From contig DATEDO010000219.1 of NCBI GenBank assembly GCA_035281625.1, positions 3,952 to 67,951 of the forward strand: DNA of 64,000 bases, in the 5' to 3' direction. Below are positions 62,659-64,000 of the stretch, piece by piece. This DNA comes from Candidatus Methylomirabilota bacterium (GTDB lineage Bacteria > Methylomirabilota > Methylomirabilia > Rokubacteriales > CSP1-6). How positions within the stretch are numbered: the first letter of the stretch is position 1; every line of letters begins with the position of its first letter. Both the position numbers and the translations under genes were made by a program. The notes under the pieces were generated by a model. That model ran no database searches. It saw only the letters and a program-made list of their open reading frames with translations, and was not told the DNA's origin.

Positions 62659-64000
62659 CGGGCGGTCACCTCGAACACGTGGTATCCCCAGGCCGGCAGG
62701 TCCAGGTAGAGTCCGCGGGACACGAGCTCGTGGCCGTCGCGATCGTACCGGGCGGGGCCGAGGAGATCCTGGAGCCGGACGGATCGTCCGGCGAGATCGG
62801 GATACGGCAAGCGGACATAGCACTGGGCCTGATGCCCCGCGTAGTTGACGGCGGCGAGCCGCCGCTGGCCGCTCGCCCCGTCCCAGGCCGAGACGATGAA
62901 GCAGTCCCAGGTCCAGTTGCCGTCCCACGCGGGGGAGGCTTCGAGCAGGCGCCAGTCGCCTTCGCGCACGACGGGCTGGGCCAGGACGGTGAGCAGCCTC
63001 AGATAGAACTTGTGCCGGGCGTCGTCCAGGGGCTCCTGCGGGGCCCGGACGAGATGCGGCGAGATGCGCTTTCGGCGGCCCTCGAGCTGGCCCTGATGGA
63101 AGAACCGCAGTCCCGGGGACAGGAACGTGACCACCGCCGCCGCCTCGTGCATGCCGGGGGAGAAGGTGGCGGCGGCCCGTGGCTCATCGTGGTTCTCCAG
63201 GAAGCGCGCGAGCCGGGCCTGGTAGTCGAGCCCGGCGTGGAGATGCTCGCGTGCCGGACGGGCGTGCCCGTCGCGGAGGCGGTCGTAGAGCCGCTTGTCG
63301 TACGCGTAGTCGAAGCCCCGCTGGAGCATCTCCCACTCGAGATCCCAGTAGACCTCGGCCATGAAGCGGAAGCCGGGCAGCCGCTCGCGCACCCGCGCGG
63401 TGGCCTGGGGCCAGAACGAGACCGCGCGCCGCCCCCACGTCCGCTCGAACACGTCCGGCAGGACCAGCATGGCCATGTCGCAGCGCACCCCGTCGCACTG
63501 CTGGGAGATCTTCAGGAGCTCGCCGGTCATCGCCTCCGCGGTGGCGGGATTGCTGTAGTCGAGCTGCAGCGTGTCCGGCCACCCCGAGAAGTACGGGTCG
63601 CGGCCGTGGGCGAGGAGGAGCTCGCCGTGCGTCCGTTTGATCCAGACGTAGTTCTGCGGCGCGCGGGCCTGGTCCATCTCGGTCCCGGCCACGTAGTGGG
63701 CGGGATGGCCCTCGACCCAGGGATGGTCCAGGCCGGTATGGTTGGGGACGAAGTCGAGCATCAGCCGGAGGCCGCGGCCGCGGAGGCGCTCCCGCAGCCG
63801 GGCGAGCGCCCCGTCGCCGCCCAGGGCGGCGTGCACCGTGTAGCCGGTGATGGCGAATCCGGATCCTCCGATGTCCTCCTCGCGGAGGTCGGGCAGCGTG
63901 GCCTCGAACTCGTGTCGCCACTCGGGATTGCTCCGCGAGACCTGCTGGCCCGCCTCGCCCGTCTGCCACACGCTGAGCAGCCACACCCAGTCGAAGCCCA
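62655..64000 (-). CDS. Glycoside hydrolase family 13 (alpha-amylase superfamily) enzyme, 5'-truncated by window end
   Basis: The GH13 conserved regions I, II and IV are present (DFVPNH, GVRCDMA, FLENHD). The ORF is open to the window edge, and the N-terminal barrel strands are missing, so the gene continues beyond 64000. Confidence 0.75.
   Translation of the reverse strand, partial: GFDWVWLLSVWQTGEAGQQVSRSNPEWRHEFEATLPDLREEDIGGSGFAITGYTVHAALGGDGALARLRERLRGRGLRLMLDFVPNHTGLDHPWVEGHPAHYVAGTEMDQARAPQNYVWIKRTHGELLLAHGRDPYFSGWPDTLQLDYSNPATAEAMTGELLKISQQCDGVRCDMAMLVLPDVFERTWGRRAVSFWPQATARVRERLPGFRFMAEVYWDLEWEMLQRGFDYAYDKRLYDRLRDGHARPAREHLHAGLDYQARLARFLENHDEPRAAATFSPGMHEAAAVVTFLSPGLRFFHQGQLEGRRKRISPHLVRAPQEPLDDARHKFYLRLLTVLAQPVVREGDWRLLEASPAWDGNWTWDCFIVSAWDGASGQRRLAAVNYAGHQAQCYVRLPYPDLAGRSVRLQDLLGPARYDRDGHELVSRGLYLDLPAWGYHVFEVTAR

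Noticed and set aside
1-64000. CRISPR arrays, transposases, integrases, phage genes, rRNA and tRNA
   Set aside because: No spaced direct repeats were found, no DDE, serine or tyrosine recombinase-like translations in any frame, and no cloverleaf or rRNA-like conserved segments in the few intergenic regions.

Overview
This is a 64-kb window of very high-GC (~70%) bacterial chromosome, almost entirely coding, from a diderm lineage; it carries OprD-type porin, NodT/RND efflux and lgt genes. I call about 53 CDS, all from the translated reading frames. At high GC most of the long ORFs in the six-frame track are antisense or out-of-frame artefacts and were discarded. I found no rRNA, tRNA, CRISPR array, transposase or integrase. 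Gene content falls into five blocks. (1) 1-9.4 kb holds a LivK-like and two tandemly duplicated ABC solute-binding proteins, a cytoplasmic molybdopterin oxidoreductase, a crotonase, an HdrB-like CCG protein, an alpha/beta hydrolase and an amidohydrolase. (2) 9.4-15.5 kb holds a family-5 peptide-type binding protein and a sugar ABC operon (binding protein plus two permeases, no ATPase) ending in a Gfo/Idh/MocA oxidoreductase. (3) 15.6-21.6 kb is the lgt operon. Its three genes are joined by ATGA stop/start overlaps: lgt, a Cys-rich secreted protein, and a 1345-aa lipoprotein that combines six FG-GAP repeats with a second ~10-unit propeller-like repeat module. (4) 21.6-43.2 kb holds ggt, a DapA-family lyase, ABM/NIPSNAP genes with a MocR regulator, an acyl-CoA catabolic cluster (Zn dehydrogenase, CaiB CoA-transferase, MBL hydrolase, a presumed heteromeric pair of adjacent acyl-CoA dehydrogenases, crotonase, a third acyl-CoA dehydrogenase, VOC epimerase-like), an F420-type LLM oxidoreductase, a MATE transporter and a TauE transporter. 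(5) 43.2-64 kb is 21 kb transcribed on the minus strand, consisting of an RND efflux triplet followed by an amino-acid decarboxylation/antiport locus. That locus contains an AAEx transporter, an orphan TAXI binding lipoprotein, GltS, aspartate 4-decarboxylase AsdA, the AspT antiporter, a 924-aa Orn/Lys/Arg-family decarboxylase whose stop overlaps the aspT start, an OprD porin, a membrane protein and a partial GH13. The two most novel candidates are the lgt-coupled giant double-propeller lipoprotein operon and the dual-decarboxylase AAEx/TAXI/OprD module. A shared GC-rich palindromic motif (GGCGGGGCGGGCGGG) forms large hairpins in two intergenic regions. Eight ATGA stop/start overlaps point to pervasive translational coupling.
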